The position numbers and the translations under genes were made by a program. The notes under the pieces are model-generated. The model was not told the origin of the DNA, did not search any database, and worked only from the letters and a program-made list of their open reading frames with translations. Below, one piece after another: positions 1 through 12,682 of a stretch of DNA of 64,000 nucleotides. The first letter of the stretch is position 1, and every line of letters starts with the position of its first letter. This stretch comes from Nemertoderma westbladi (Eukaryota; Animalia; Xenacoelomorpha), in the NCBI GenBank assembly GCA_032718475.1, contig JAUCBJ010002660.1, positions 1,719 through 65,718 on the forward strand, written 5' to 3'.

Positions 1-1504
1 CCTTTCTCGTGTACCGGTACCAGTTTAGAGACCCCGCAGACCCTCACGCCGGCCCTGTTGGTTACATCAATGAACTGCCCTTCTGACTAGGAGGTCGTTC
101 ATAAATTGGAATATCTGCTCTTTGAAAGAACACGACAGATTCAACTCTTTCATTTCCTTGATCAGTTTGCGTCATCTTGGGTCGCAGTTGATGATTTTTG
201 GGATGTTAATGAAGTTCTATATACTCGGCAGAGTAACTTATCGTTCAATGTCAATGTGGAGACCTCAGTGATTCTTTGGGTGAAGCGTTCAGATGAAGCT
301 GAACCAAAGTCCCTGATCCTGATCTATCTTCTTTCAGTAATCTCGTATTTTCTTGTTATTAGTCGAGAATTACATTGTTATTACGTTTTGAAAATGCGTA
401 ACAAGTACTTGTGGATTTCATAAATTTATGTAACTTTTATTGATAGTTATATTTTGTGTATCTCTTTGAATCAAAAAATTTACGTTCTTTATTTTTATAA
501 TCTGAAGTGGACCCAAATATAGCAACCTTCTTGTGCTGTTTGTAATATTGGTAATTAATGGTTAATTTTTGTGTTTTATATGTGCCACTTGACCATGTGT
601 GTTGTATATATGTTAAACAATTCTATTTTTCTTTTATCGTCCCGACATATGTGCTAGATATGATTTGTTACAACGGCCAGCCTGTATTTTTGTTATGTAT
701 TTATTGCTCTTTTTGGTCGCAATAAATAGGAGCGGTATGAAAATATCTGCCTATCCGTCCACTTTCTACTGTATCTTAGGTGACAAATGTCCGATACCGG
801 TATTGCAGTGTAAGGCTTGGCCTTCGTTAAAGCACTATCTGACTTTGTTTGTTCAGTACAGCAATACTGTGGTAGGTAGTACACTACCGGTGTTTCAGTA
901 TTTTGTAATATTGTTGTTATTGATGTCGGGAGGAACTAGTCCTTTGTTAACGTGTTCACGGGTAAATTGCAGTGCAAGGCTTGGCCTTCGTTAAAGCACT
1001 CTGTAAATTGCAGTCTATCGTTGATAATCTGATAATAACTGACTGACTGAATAGTGAATAAAGCCTAGCTTATCATTGATCTTTGGTTTGTTATTTACGT
1101 TTTTCCCCTTCCGCCAATTAGCCAATAACGTGACGACGTTGGCGGAGTGTTTATTGAAGTGCTCGGTTACCTGGTTACAGTCTCGGTTTTGAGGTGCATT
1201 TTTGCTCTGTCCCCGTTCTCTCTACGAGTTAGCGGAAGCCAGACACCTTTTTCTGTTGTTTATTTGTATCCTCAGCTCTTGTGTCTGAACAGTTACCGAC
1301 CATACTTTCGGAATTAGTAGATACAGACATTTTTTCTTCAGGCAGTCAGGTAAGAGGTAAGTTCCAAATCAGACAGCCAGAACCCGTGAGTTTAACGGAA
1401 CCTTCCATTTTGGGTTAGCCAAATCCCGATTTAAAGGGAGAGTCTTTCGTCTCTCCCCCGAGTTTGTGTTTCCTGCGGATCAAACCCAGGTGGCCATTCT
1501 TATA

Positions 1505-3936
1505 CGACGAGACAGTGCCAGTGACTTGAGAAAGTGTGAGACAATTGGGGTTACTATTCCCAATTTGTACACAGTGTTACAACTCAGAAAACGCAGGGCT
1601 TCCAGAGTTATTTAACTATATTCGAATATATTACGTCGTAGTGTGTTTTTAGGCTATAAGCGGCGTTTTTTCATGTTACTACCTACAGAACCAGTTAAAA
1701 GGTTATAACTTTCGAGGAGACAGTGCCAGTGACTTGAGAAAGTGTGAGACAATTGGGGTTACTATTCCCAATTTGTACACAGTGTTACAACTCAGAAAAC
1801 ACAGGGCTTCCAGAGTTATTTAACTATATTCGAATATATTACGTCGTAGTGTGTTTTTAGGCTATAAGCGGCGTTTTTTCATGTTACTTCCTACAGAACC
1901 AGTTAAAAGGTTATAACTTTCGACGAGACAGTGCCAGTGACTTGAGAAAGTGTGAGACAATTGGGGTTACTATTACCAATTTGTACACAGTGTTACAACT
2001 CAGAAAACACAGGGCTTCCAGAGTTATTTAACTATATTCGAATATAATACGTCGTAGTGTGTTTTTAGGCTATAAGCGGCGTTTTTTCATGTTACTTCCT
2101 GCAGAACCAGTTAAAAGGTTATAACTTTCGACGAGACAGTGCCAGTGACTTGAGAAAGTGTGAGACAATTGGGGTTACTATTCCCAATTTGTACACAGTG
2201 TTACAACTCAGAAAACACAGGGCTTCCAGAGTTATTTAACTATATTCGAATATATTACGTCGTAGTGTGTTTTTAGGCTATAAGCGGCGTTTTTTCATGT
2301 TACTTCCTACAGAACCAGTTAAAAGGTTATAACTTTCGACGAGACAGTGCCAGTGACTTGAGAAAGTGAGAGACAATTGGGGTTACTATTCCCAATTTGT
2401 ACACAGTGTTACAACTCAGAAAACGCAGGGCTTCCAGAGTTATTTAACTATATTCGAATATATTACGTCGTAGTGTGTTTTTAGGCTATAAGCGGCGTTT
2501 TTTCATGTTACTACCTACAGAACCAGTTAAAAGGTTATAACTTTCGACGAGACAGTGCCAGTGACTTGAGAAAGTGTGAGACAATTGGGGTTACTATTCC
2601 CAATTTGTACACAGTGTTACAACTCAGAAAACGCAGGGCTTCCAGAGTTATTTAACTATATTCGAATATAATACGTCGTAGTGTGTTTTTAGGCTATAAG
2701 CGGCGTTTTTTCATGTTACTTCCTGCAGAACCAGTTAAAAGGTTATAACTTTCGACGAGACAGTGCCAGTGACTTGAGAAAGTGTGAGACAATTGGGGTT
2801 ACTATTCCCAATTTGTACACAGTGTTACAACTCAGAAAACGCAGGGCTTCCAGAGTTATTTAACTATATTCGAATATATTACGTCGTAGTGTGTTTTTAG
2901 GCTATAAGCGGCGTTTTTTCATGTTACTACCTACAGAACCAGTTAAAAGGTTATAACTTTCGACGAGACAGTGCCATTGACTTGAGAAAGTGTGAGACAA
3001 TTGGGGTTACTATTCCCAATTTGTACACAGTGTTACAACTCAGAAAACGCAGGGCTTCCAGAGTTATTTAACTATATTCGAATATATTACGTCGTAGTGT
3101 GTTTTTAGGCTATAAGCGGCGTTTTTTCATGTTACTACCTACAGAACCAGTTAAAAGGTTATAACTTTCGAGGAGACAGTGCCAGTGACTTGAGAAAGTG
3201 TGAGACAATTGGGGTTACTATTCCCAATTTGTACACAGTGTTACAACTCAGAAAACACAGGGCTTCCAGAGTTATTTAACTATATTCGAATATAATACGT
3301 CGTAGTGTGTTTTTAGGCTATAAGCGGCGTTTTTTCATGTTACTTCCTACAGAACCAGTTAAAAGGTTATAACTTTCGACGAGACAGTGCCAGTGACTTG
3401 AGAAAGTGTGAGACAATTGGGGTTACTATTCCCAATTTGTACACAGTGTTACAACTCAGAAAACGCAGGGCTTCCAGAGTTATTTAACTATATTCGAATA
3501 TATTACGTCGTAGTGTGTTTTTAGGCTATAAGCGGCGTTTTTTCATGTTACTACCTACAGAACCAGTTAAAAGGTTATAACTTTCGAGGAGACAGTGCCA
3601 GTGACTTGAGAAAGTGTGAGACAATTGGGGTTACTATTCCCAATTTGTACACAGTGTTACAACTCAGAAAACACAGGGCTTCCAGAGTTATTTAACTATA
3701 TTCGAATATATTACGTCGTAGTGTGTTTTTAGGCTATAAGCGGCGTTTTTTCATGTTACTTCCTACAGAACCAGTTAAAAGGTTATAACTTTCGACGAGA
3801 CAGTGCCAGTGACTTGAGAAAGTGTGAGACAATTGGGGTTACTATTACCAATTTGTACACAGTGTTACAACTCAGAAAACACAGGGCTTCCAGAGTTATT
3901 TAACTATATTCGAATATAATACGTCGTAGTGTGTTT
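1505..3936. repeat. 208-bp tandem satellite, ~11.7 near-identical copies
   Basis: Unit start cga(c/g)gagacagtgcca recurs at 1505, 1713, 1921... (period 208), with only a few recurring SNP variants. Confidence 0.97.
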
Positions 3937-4638
3937 TATAGTGTATATGTTATATATATATATATTTTTTTTTTTATTATATATATAGACATAAGTGTTC
4001 TAGAACATCAATGGTGTTGGTATGGTATGTGATATAGTTAAGTTTGAACACATTATAAAGAAATCATGGCCTGGTCAACTAAAGTACAAAAGAATAGTTT
4101 TATCATAACTGTTAGAATAACAGCGAAATCCTATCAAATAAAATACATTTAATGTTTAAAGGTAAAGGGAATATTACTAAAATGGTATTAGTCAGCCCTC
4201 TCTTTTAGATCAAATTTCATATCTCTAAAAAAATAGCAGGAAATTCTTTAATACACAATTCTAGAGATATGGAGATTAAATAATGAGGTTATTACAACTG
4301 GGTGTGTTGGGCAAATTGAGGAAATGCAAGTTCTCATTGGGTTTTACTGACAGGTGAGATGAGACTCTCAGCTTAATAATGTAATACTTTAACTTATTAA
4401 TTAACGTGTTTCCAGCGTAATTAATTACATTTAAATCTAACATAAATTACATAAGATAGCTTATGTCAAACCTCAAACGTGAACAATTAATTGAAACCCC
4501 AAACAAAAAGGCAATAGAAAAATCTACAAATTGGGAATCAAATTTAGTATAATATACAAAAAATTAATTATACACTACCTTATACATAAAGGTACCTCTG
4601 TAACGATATTTAATCATAGTAAATTCACCAGTAAACAG

Positions 4639-6004
4639 TAGTGTTGAGAACTGAATCAATTTTAACTAATTTCAGTTACAGTTACAGTTTCAGTATTCAA
4701 AGTTTTGCATTTCAGTTACAGTTACAGTTTCAGTATTACAAAGTGTAACATTTCAGTTACAGTTACAGTTTCAGTATTACAAAGTGTAACGTTTCAGTTA
4801 CAGTTACAGTTTCAGTATTACAAAATTGAGCATTTCAGTTTCAGTTTCAGTTTTGATCGCGATAAAATTTCTGTTACAGTTTCAGTTATAGTTTCAATAT
4901 ATTATCCCACATAGTAAGCAGTCATTGAAATAATTTCAGTCTCATTGGGGCGGGGTACAGTGCAGTCATTCACCCAATGAGCAAGGATGTCATTACGTTA
5001 CGTTACGGTATCTTTTCAGAAATAGCGTAGCTCAATATTTTTCCGTAACGTAAACCGTAACGTAATAGCTTTTTCAATACCGTAACGTAATATTACTGTA
5101 TATTTTTACCGTAAACCGTAACGTAATAGCGTAATATTTTTTTTCGCTACTTTTTTTTATTGTTTTGGTTATAAAGGGCATGCTTCTGAAACCTGCTCAT
5201 CATTTTCCGTAATTTATAATTTGTTGTAGTAAGCATATATTTGTAGTTTTGATTAGACTCACCTCGTTAAGCTACTCCTTTCACTTTTTAAGTTTAATTG
5301 TAATTTTGTAATTTATAATGGTAAACTTGATAAAAATTTAATTTCCAGTGTACCTCTAGTGTGATATCCCCTGTGATATTAATATTACCAGTAACATTAA
5401 TAATTTATAATGTAAATTATATATCCGTTATATCCCTCTACCGACCATTACCATTAACTATATTTTTGTTTATCTAATTACATTTAATATGCGATATTTA
5501 GGAAGCAAAGAGTGCTGATAAGGCTGATATGTAGTCTAATAGTTGAGATAGATAAACCTCTGACTAATTATAAATACAGTATATGCTAGGCTAGATCTTC
5601 GTTCATTACTCGATAAATCACAGTTGAGATAAGTGTGCAATGGGTCTTTGGGCCACTTGACAACTATCAAGGTTCAAAACGATAATAATAAATAAAAATA
5701 CAAAAATGTTTTAAAAATGATACCCATATCGACCACTGTTATTAATTTATTAAACTATTACAATACTGTTTCAAGTGCTCATTCATGTTAGTTGTGTGGT
5801 TGAGAACTGAATCGATTTTTAGTAATTTCAGTTTCAGTTACAGTTACAGTATTCAAATTTCCTAATTACAGTTTCAGTTACAGTTACAGTATTCAAAATT
5901 CGTAATTACAGTTACAGTTATAGTTACAGTATCAAAAAAAACATCAAAACCATTCAGTTACAGTTGCAGTTACAGTATAATTACAGTTACAGTTCTCAAC
6001 ACTA
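4639..6004. mobile_element. Non-autonomous hAT-like DNA transposon (15-bp TIR, 8-bp TSD)
   Basis: TIRs tagtgttgagaactg (4639-4653) and cagttctcaacacta (5990-6004); identical 8-mer gtaaacag at 4631-4638 and 6005-6012; cagtta/cagttt subterminal arrays at both ends; no transposase ORF. Confidence 0.85.
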
Positions 6005-6305
6005 GTAAACAGTTTAGTGAGGAATGTAGTACTTAACTACTTATCTACATAGTTAGAAGTCAATATTTGTGTTGATCCACTTACGGGAAAATTGTGCAGC
6101 GCGAGGGAAGGTAAATAAAAATAATTTATTTTTAAATCAATTAGATAAATAAATAATTAAACTCTATATATTAATAATAAATTGTCAATAATTACATTTA
6201 GGGGGCAAAGTAATTAATGTTATATTGAGTACAGATTGCAAAATGGGGTGGGGGGGGGGGGGGGTGATACAAAACAATGACATCGAATAGTGATAAATAA
6301 ACAAA

Positions 6306-8653
6306 TAGATGCACCCGGGTGTCTCAGGGTGTTGCACTGCGACCCACCCACTGGGTGCACCCCGGGTGTCTCAAGGTGTTGCACTGTGACCCACCCACTG
6401 GGTGCACCCCGGGTGTCTCAGGGTGTTGCACTGTGACCCACCCACTGGGTGCACCCCGGATGTCTCAGGGTGTTGCACTGTGACCCACCCACTGGGTGCA
6501 CCCCGGGTGTCTCAGTGTGTTGCACTGCGACCCACGCACTGGGTGCACCCCGGGTGTCTCAGGGTGTTGCACTGTGACCCACGCACTGGGTGCACCCCGG
6601 GTGTCTCAGGGTGTTGCACTGTGACCCACCCACTGGGTGCACCCCGGGTGTCTCAGGGTGTTGCACTGCGACCCACGCACTGGGTGCACCCCGGGTGTCT
6701 CAGGGTGTTGCACTGTGATCCACCCACTGGGTGCACCACGGGTGTCTCAGGGTGTTGCACTGCGACCCACGCACTGGGTGCACCCCGGGTGTCTCAGGGT
6801 GTTGCACTGTGACCCACCCACTAGATGCACCCCGGGTGTTTCAGGGTGTTGCACTGTGACCCACGCACTGGGTGCACCCCGGGTGTCTCAGGATGTTGCA
6901 CTGTGACCCACGCACTGGGTGCACCCCGGGTGTCTCAGGGAGTTGCACTGTGACCCACGCACTGGGTGCACCCCGTATGTCTCAGGGTGTTGCACTGCGA
7001 CCCACGCACTGGGTGCACCCCGGGTGTCTCAGGGTGTTGCACTGTGACCCACGCACTGGGTGCACCCCGGGTGTCTCAGGGTGTTGCACTGTGACCCACG
7101 CACTGGGTGCACCCCGGGTGTCTCAGGGTGTTGCACTGTGACCCACGCACTGGGTGCACCCCGGGTGTCTCAGGGTGTTGCACTGTGACCCACGCACTGG
7201 GTGCACCACGGGTGTCTCAGGGTGTTGCACTGCGACCCACGCACTGGGTGCACCCCGGGTGTCTCAGGGTGTTGCACTGTGACCCACCCACTAGATGCAC
7301 CCCGGGTGTCTCAGGGTGTTGCACTGTGACCCACGCACTGGTTGCACCCCGGGTGTCTCAGGATGTTGCACTGTGACCCACGCACTGGGTGCACCCCGGG
7401 TGTCTCAGGGTGTTGCACTGTGACCCACGCACTGGGTGCACCCCGGGTGTCTCAGGGTGTTGCACTGCGACCCACGCACTGGGTGCACCCCGGGTGTCTC
7501 AGGGTGTTGCACTGTGACCCACGCACTGGGTGCACCCCGGGTGTCTCAGGGTGTTGCACTGTGACCCACCCACTGGGTGCACCCCGGGTGTGTCAGGGTG
7601 TTGCACTGCGACCCACGCACTGGGTGCACCCCGGGTGTCTCAGGGTGTTGCACTGTGACCCACCCACTGGGTGCACCACGGGTGTCTCAGGGTGTTGCAC
7701 TGCGACCCACGCACTGGGTGCACCCCGGGTGTCTCAGGGTGTTGCACTGTGACCCACCCACTAGATGCACCCCGGGTGTCTCAGGGTGTTGCACTGTGAC
7801 CCACGCACTGGGTGCACCCCGGGTGTCTCAGGATGTTGCACTGTGACCCACGCACTGGGTGCACCCCGGGTGTCTCAGGATGTTGCACTGTGACCCACGC
7901 ACTGGGTGCACCCCGGGTGTCTCAGGGTGTTGCACTGTGACCCACGCACTGGGTGCACCCCGGGTGTCTCAGGGTGTTGCACTGCGACCCACGCACTGGG
8001 TGCACCCCGGGTGTCTCAGGGTGTTGCACTGCGACCCACGCACTGGGTGCACCCCGGGTGTTGCACTGTGACCCACCCACTAGATGCACCCCGGGTGTCT
8101 CAGGGTGTTGCACTGTGACCCACGCACTGGTTGCACCCCGGGTGTCTCAGGATGTTGCACTGTGACCCACGCACTGGGTGCACCCCGGGTGTCTCAGGGT
8201 GTTGCACTGCGACCCACGCACTGGGTGCACCCCGGGTGTCTCAGGGTGTTGCACTGTGACCCACGCACTGGGTGCACCCCGGGTGTCTCAGGGTGTTGCA
8301 CTGTGACCCACGCACTGGGTGCACCCCGGGTGTCTCAGGGTGTTGCACTGTGACCCACGCACTGGGTGCACCCCGGGTGTCTCAGGGTGTTGCACTGCGA
8401 CCCACGCACTGGGTGCGCCCCGGGTGTCTCAGGGTGTTGCACTGCGACCCACGCACTGGGTGCGCCCCGGGTGTCTCAGGGTGTTGCACTGTGACCCACG
8501 CACTGGGTGCACCCCGGGTGTCTCAGGGTGTTGCACTGTGACCCACGCACTGGGTGCACCCCGGGTGTCTCAGGGTGTTGCACTGTGACCCACGCACTGG
8601 GTGCACCCCGGGTGTCTCAGGGTGTTGCACTGTGACCCACGCACTGGGTGCAC
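6306..8653. repeat. 47-bp GC-rich minisatellite (~50 copies) with 10-mer (470-bp) higher-order structure
   Basis: Unit gggtgcaccccgggtgtctcagggtgttgcactgtgacccacgcact; variant ctagatgcacc at 6821, 7291, 7761 (spacing 470). Confidence 0.97.
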
Positions 8654-9751
8654 AACAAACACAATCAAATAACTATATTAATACCATGTGAAAGAATAAT
8701 AAATGTTCTAAAAACTAAAATAATAGTTACTGAACAATTAAATTACAGTGAATAATGTTGTTCCAAAAAGTGATGGAATAAAGACCTGAATCCAGACTGG
8801 ATCTAATTCTACGACGACCAACGGGGTTAGGGGTCGATGCGTTCTCTAAGTTCTATTGGTGGTGGACCTCAATAAAGTACAAGATTGTGCAAAACTCGGT
8901 CGAAAGATAATTAATCATGTTTTAAGGAGGTTAGAAGAAAGTCAGCATACTGATGTTTGTAATTATATTAATTAATTAATTAATGTCACATTATAACTCA
9001 AGTTGATATAATTTAAATCTGAATATTAATTTTAATTATTTTAATTGCAATAATTAATTAATTGAACGGGACAATTATTGTAGATTTTCCAAAACAACAT
9101 ATTCAATGAATTATGTTTATATATAACGTTATATAACGTTAACCGCGGGGCCAATTAGACAGACAATATTAATTATTAATTAATTGACCTTTGGCGCCCT
9201 CTGCCTAACTATTTACATTCTTGTGTGTAAATTATATAGCACTTAGAGCGTGCTGATTTTATTACACAAACGAACGTATTGAGTGATGTAAAATAAATAT
9301 AAGAGGATAAAATAACACTGCAAAGTACTTTATGCAACAAGTATGTAAACATTACGATAGGATTACCGATCCGCATATTAATAACAGTACCGGTAATGTG
9401 TATTGATTAGATTATTTTTGTTGGAATTTCTCAAATTGTACTAAAAGGCATTAATTAATATCGCATTAAATGGACCTAATATTTTTGTGGAGTAGCCTGC
9501 ACCGGTACGGTCTGCTAGTTGCGGTTTCCCTACCAATGTTCATGTATATGCTGCGAAACACCTCGCTGTTAATAAACTAACGATAACGACCTTAAGAAAT
9601 ATATAATTTTTGTAATAAAATATATTATTATATTAGATTAGTGTTGTGTATCTGTGGAGAACGGATTATTATTAATTTAATTAATTGTAGTGTACTTATT
9701 CAAGTGATTCCGATAACTCATTGATACTGCATCATAAGGATAGGATCGGCA

Positions 9752-12304
9752 TTAGGTAGAGTTAGCTAGACGCGGAATTACATCGTCTACCGAACTGCTA
9801 CTGAGACGATCGTCTACGACTTCACCATCGTCTGTGTCCGTTACCTTACTGTCCACCACCGTGTCCACCACGGTGTCCGCTACCTTACTGCTGTCTATTA
9901 GCGGACCGTTAGCCAGCTGTACAGCTGGGAAGGTTTCCGGAGTGGAGTTGGGCTGGAGGACAGGAGAATGCGTCGGTACTGGGTCCGGAGTGGAGTTGGG
10001 CTGGAGGACAGGAGAATGCGTCGGTACTGGGTCCGGAGTGGAGTTGGGCTGGAGGACAGGAGAATGCGTCGGTACTGGGTCCGGAGTGGAGTTGGGCTGG
10101 AGGACAGGAGAATGGGTCGGTACTGGGTCCGGAGTGGAGTTGGGCTGGAGGACAGGAGAATGCGTCGGTACTGGGTCCGGAGTGGAGTTGGGCTGGAGGA
10201 CAGGAGAATGGGTCGGTACTGGGTCCGGAGTGGAGTTGGGCTGGAGTACAGGAGAATGCGTCGGTACTGGGTCCGGAGTGGAGTTGGGCTGGAGGACAGG
10301 AGAATGCGTCGGTACTGGGTCCGGAGTGGAGTTGGGCTGGAGGACAGGAGAATGCGTCGGTACTGGGTCCGGAGTGGAGTTGGGCTGGAGGACAGGAGAA
10401 TGCGTCGGTACTGGGTCCGGAGTGGAGTTGGGCTGGAGGACAGGAGAATGAGTCGGTACTGGGTCCGGAGTGGAGTTGGGCTGGAGGACAGGAGAATGCG
10501 TCGGTACTGGGTCCGGAGTGGAGTTGGGCGGGAGGACAGGAGAATGCGTCGGTATTGGGTCAGAATTGGTTGAATCAAGGCAAGTTGGTGAATCAGAAGA
10601 GTTGGAAGAGGAAGTTGTAGACGACGGCTCAACCGCGGTTGAACTGTCTCCACTTCCGAGATTGTTTGACTCAGACGCCCCTAGCGGAGACTGCTGAACT
10701 GAGGCCTCGTCGACGCCGCTAGGGGAGGTCAACTCGAGGTTGACGCCCCCTATCGGGTAGAGCCCGCCGCCCGGAGGGGGGAGGGGGAACTCGGGGGAGG
10801 TCGGGGAGACCAGGTTGTTAGCTAGCAACGTAGGGCCCCCTACGGGGTGTAGGGGCAGGTTCCCCGGGTCCAACCTCATCTGATCTGCGGCCTTCCTCCT
10901 GGCCTCCTGCTCGCTAACAATCTCGGTGTTCCGCCGACAGTACAACCCGATCTGTTTGTACAGACTCTCGTACATGTCGCGGTAACCGGCGAGCGACTCC
11001 CTCCGTGTGGTCCGGTCCACGTCGAGTCGCGTCAGCGAGTAGTTGTACTTGTGGGCCAACGACAGGGCCATCAGACCGGCCACTTTGAGGCAGTTCTCCC
11101 TGAGGTCTATGCGGACCACCTTGTTGTTGTCGGCGAGGTACTCGGCGATGGCGATGGCCCCGAGGTCTGTGATCTTGGTCGCCACCAGCCCGAGTCTCAG
11201 GATGTTCATGTTGCGTAGGAGACTCATTTTGAGGATGAGGACGCCCTCGTTCCCGATGTTGTTGTGTCCGAGGTTTAGCGTCTCGAGCGTGGCGTTAACC
11301 TCCAATGTCTCCGCGAGATGGGCCATCCCGATGTGGGTGACGAGGTTGTTCCACAACACGAGAGTGGCGAGGCCGTGCCCGAAGCACTGCTCCTTGAGGC
11401 CCTCGCTGACGTGGTACAAGCCGACGTCCTGAATGTGGTTGTTACGGAGGTCCAAGAGGATCAGTTTAGTGTTGCATCGCAACATGTTGCCGATGTGCAG
11501 TGCGTCAGAAGGGATCAGTCGGTTGTCCGCTAAGTATAACTCCGCCAGGGTGAAGTTATTCTTGAGCGCGGCCATTAGGATGAGGATGTTACGCCCGGAT
11601 AGATTGCAGTTCTCAAGATGAAGTATCTGCAGATTGGATCCGAGTTTAAGCGCGCGACTCAGCAATGTGGTGGCCTGCTCGGAAAGCGGGTTGTTTCTCG
11701 CGTCTAGTGAGTCCAAACAGTGACATTTCCGCAGCATATTGGAGCAGGCGAGCCACGACCTGGCAAACATACGGGGGTTGCTTGCGATGTTGAGTTTAAT
11801 AGTCGTTTCGTAGAATTCTAACATCTCGAACAACGCGATCGCGTTCTCGTCTTCTAAGCCGGAATTATCCATCTCCAAGTAATTGAGACGAACGCGACGG
11901 AATATTTCCTCCAGAGCCTCCACGCTTTTTACATCGAGTTTCTCCCCTTTGAGACTGAGTCCCGGTATCCGTTTACTGAAGTCGCTCGTGTGCTCCAACT
12001 GGGCGACCACCTTGGCAACCGGTTTCACTTTCCATTCCTCGCAGACCGACTTGTAGGCCGCGGTTACCTCCGCCGCCGACGTGCATTCCGACGCCGGCCA
12101 CGCAGACCGCGGGTGAGAGTAACCACTGACGATCGCGTCTGCCTCCGGGAATGTTACCGTTTTCTTTCGTTTACCTCCGGTTTCCTTGGCTTCCGAAGAA
12201 ATATTATCACCGGTATTCTCCTCCATTTTGGTTTCCCCTGTTTGGGGTACCGGTACCGGTATTGTTTCGCAAATTATATTATTTCCAGCTGTTGCTAAAT
12301 CCAT
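9752..12304 (-). CDS. PPP1R37: Protein phosphatase 1 regulatory subunit 37-like LRR protein (850 aa, uninterrupted ORF)
   Basis: ATG-started ORF; N-terminal RVxF-type PP1 docking motif (RKKTVTFP); ribonuclease-inhibitor-like LRRs (LEEIFRRV, LFEMLEFYE, LDLRNNHIQDVGL, LVLWNN, IDLRENCLKVAGLMALSLA) recalled as typical of PPP1R37/LRRC68; low-complexity S/P-rich tail. Confidence 0.88.
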   Translation of the reverse strand: MDLATAGNNIICETIPVPVPQTGETKMEENTGDNISSEAKETGGKRKKTVTFPEADAIVSGYSHPRSAWPASECTSAAEVTAAYKSVCEEWKVKPVAKVVAQLEHTSDFSKRIPGLSLKGEKLDVKSVEALEEIFRRVRLNYLEMDNSGLEDENAIALFEMLEFYETTIKLNIASNPRMFARSWLACSNMLRKCHCLDSLDARNNPLSEQATTLLSRALKLGSNLQILHLENCNLSGRNILILMAALKNNFTLAELYLADNRLIPSDALHIGNMLRCNTKLILLDLRNNHIQDVGLYHVSEGLKEQCFGHGLATLVLWNNLVTHIGMAHLAETLEVNATLETLNLGHNNIGNEGVLILKMSLLRNMNILRLGLVATKITDLGAIAIAEYLADNNKVVRIDLRENCLKVAGLMALSLAHKYNYSLTRLDVDRTTRRESLAGYRDMYESLYKQIGLYCRRNTEIVSEQEARRKAADQMRLDPGNLPLHPVGGPTLLANNLVSPTSPEFPLPPPGGGLYPIGGVNLELTSPSGVDEASVQQSPLGASESNNLGSGDSSTAVEPSSTTSSSNSSDSPTCLDSTNSDPIPTHSPVLPPNSTPDPVPTHSPVLQPNSTPDPVPTHSPVLQPNSTPDPVPTHSPVLQPNSTPDPVPTHSPVLQPNSTPDPVPTHSPVLQPNSTPDPVPTHSPVLQPNSTPDPVPTHSPVLQPNSTPDPVPTHSPVLQPNSTPDPVPTHSPVLQPNSTPDPVPTHSPVLQPNSTPDPVPTHSPVLQPNSTPDPVPTHSPVLQPNSTPETFPAVQLANGPLIDSSKVADTVVDTVVDSKVTDTDDGEVVDDRLSSSSVDDVIPRLANST
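9937..10560 (-). repeat. Coding 48-bp tandem repeat (~13 x PNSTPDPVPTHSPVLQ) in the PPP1R37-like C-terminus
   Basis: ccggagtggagttgggc recurs every 48 bp from 9937 to 10513, in frame with no stops. Confidence 0.95.
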
Positions 12305-12682
12305 TTAGGATCCTACTTAAATTTATAAAATTATATGATGAGAGCATTTGTAAAATCTGAAAATTGCATATCTTCCATCATCAATCAAGCAATCAGACTT
12401 TCAGAATCTGAACTGAACTAAGCCCTATCAGTATAATTATTTTATTTTTATGTGAATTCCGCATGTACGGCAGTACGGTACGGTACTAAAGTTTGTAACA
12501 CAACAGTGAAGTATTTTATTTATTTATTTATCTATTTGTAGGCCTATGTTTACTCTATTGACTGCTTGATGAGGATGCCAATGGCAGAATGGCATACCAA
12601 ATAATATACCATGACCCGTAATATAATGTCATGTTCTGATGACATGGACGTCGAACGTTTAAGCAAGATACTAAATTGTATG

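Noticed and set aside
780-1150. Possible LTR end and PBS (33-bp direct repeats at ~804 and ~968, AATAAA at ~1057, TGGCGGAG at ~1140)
   Set aside because: No second LTR, no CA terminus next to the TGG, and no gag/pol in the window.
6402-8588. Cys/His-rich ORFs
   Set aside because: Artefacts of the 47-bp repeat; unit length is not a multiple of 3 and stops recur.
1505-8653. Possible CRISPR arrays
   Set aside because: Units are head-to-tail with no unique spacers; no cas genes; eukaryotic context.
9834-11621. Antisense and alternative-frame ORFs over the PPP1R37-like gene
   Set aside because: Shadow ORFs of a GC-rich CDS and its 48-bp repeat.
12565-12660. Hammerhead-like strings (ttgatgagg...ggcagaa; ctgatgac...gtcgaac)
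   Set aside because: Core nucleotides are incomplete (no GAAA) and stems do not close; at most a decayed relic.
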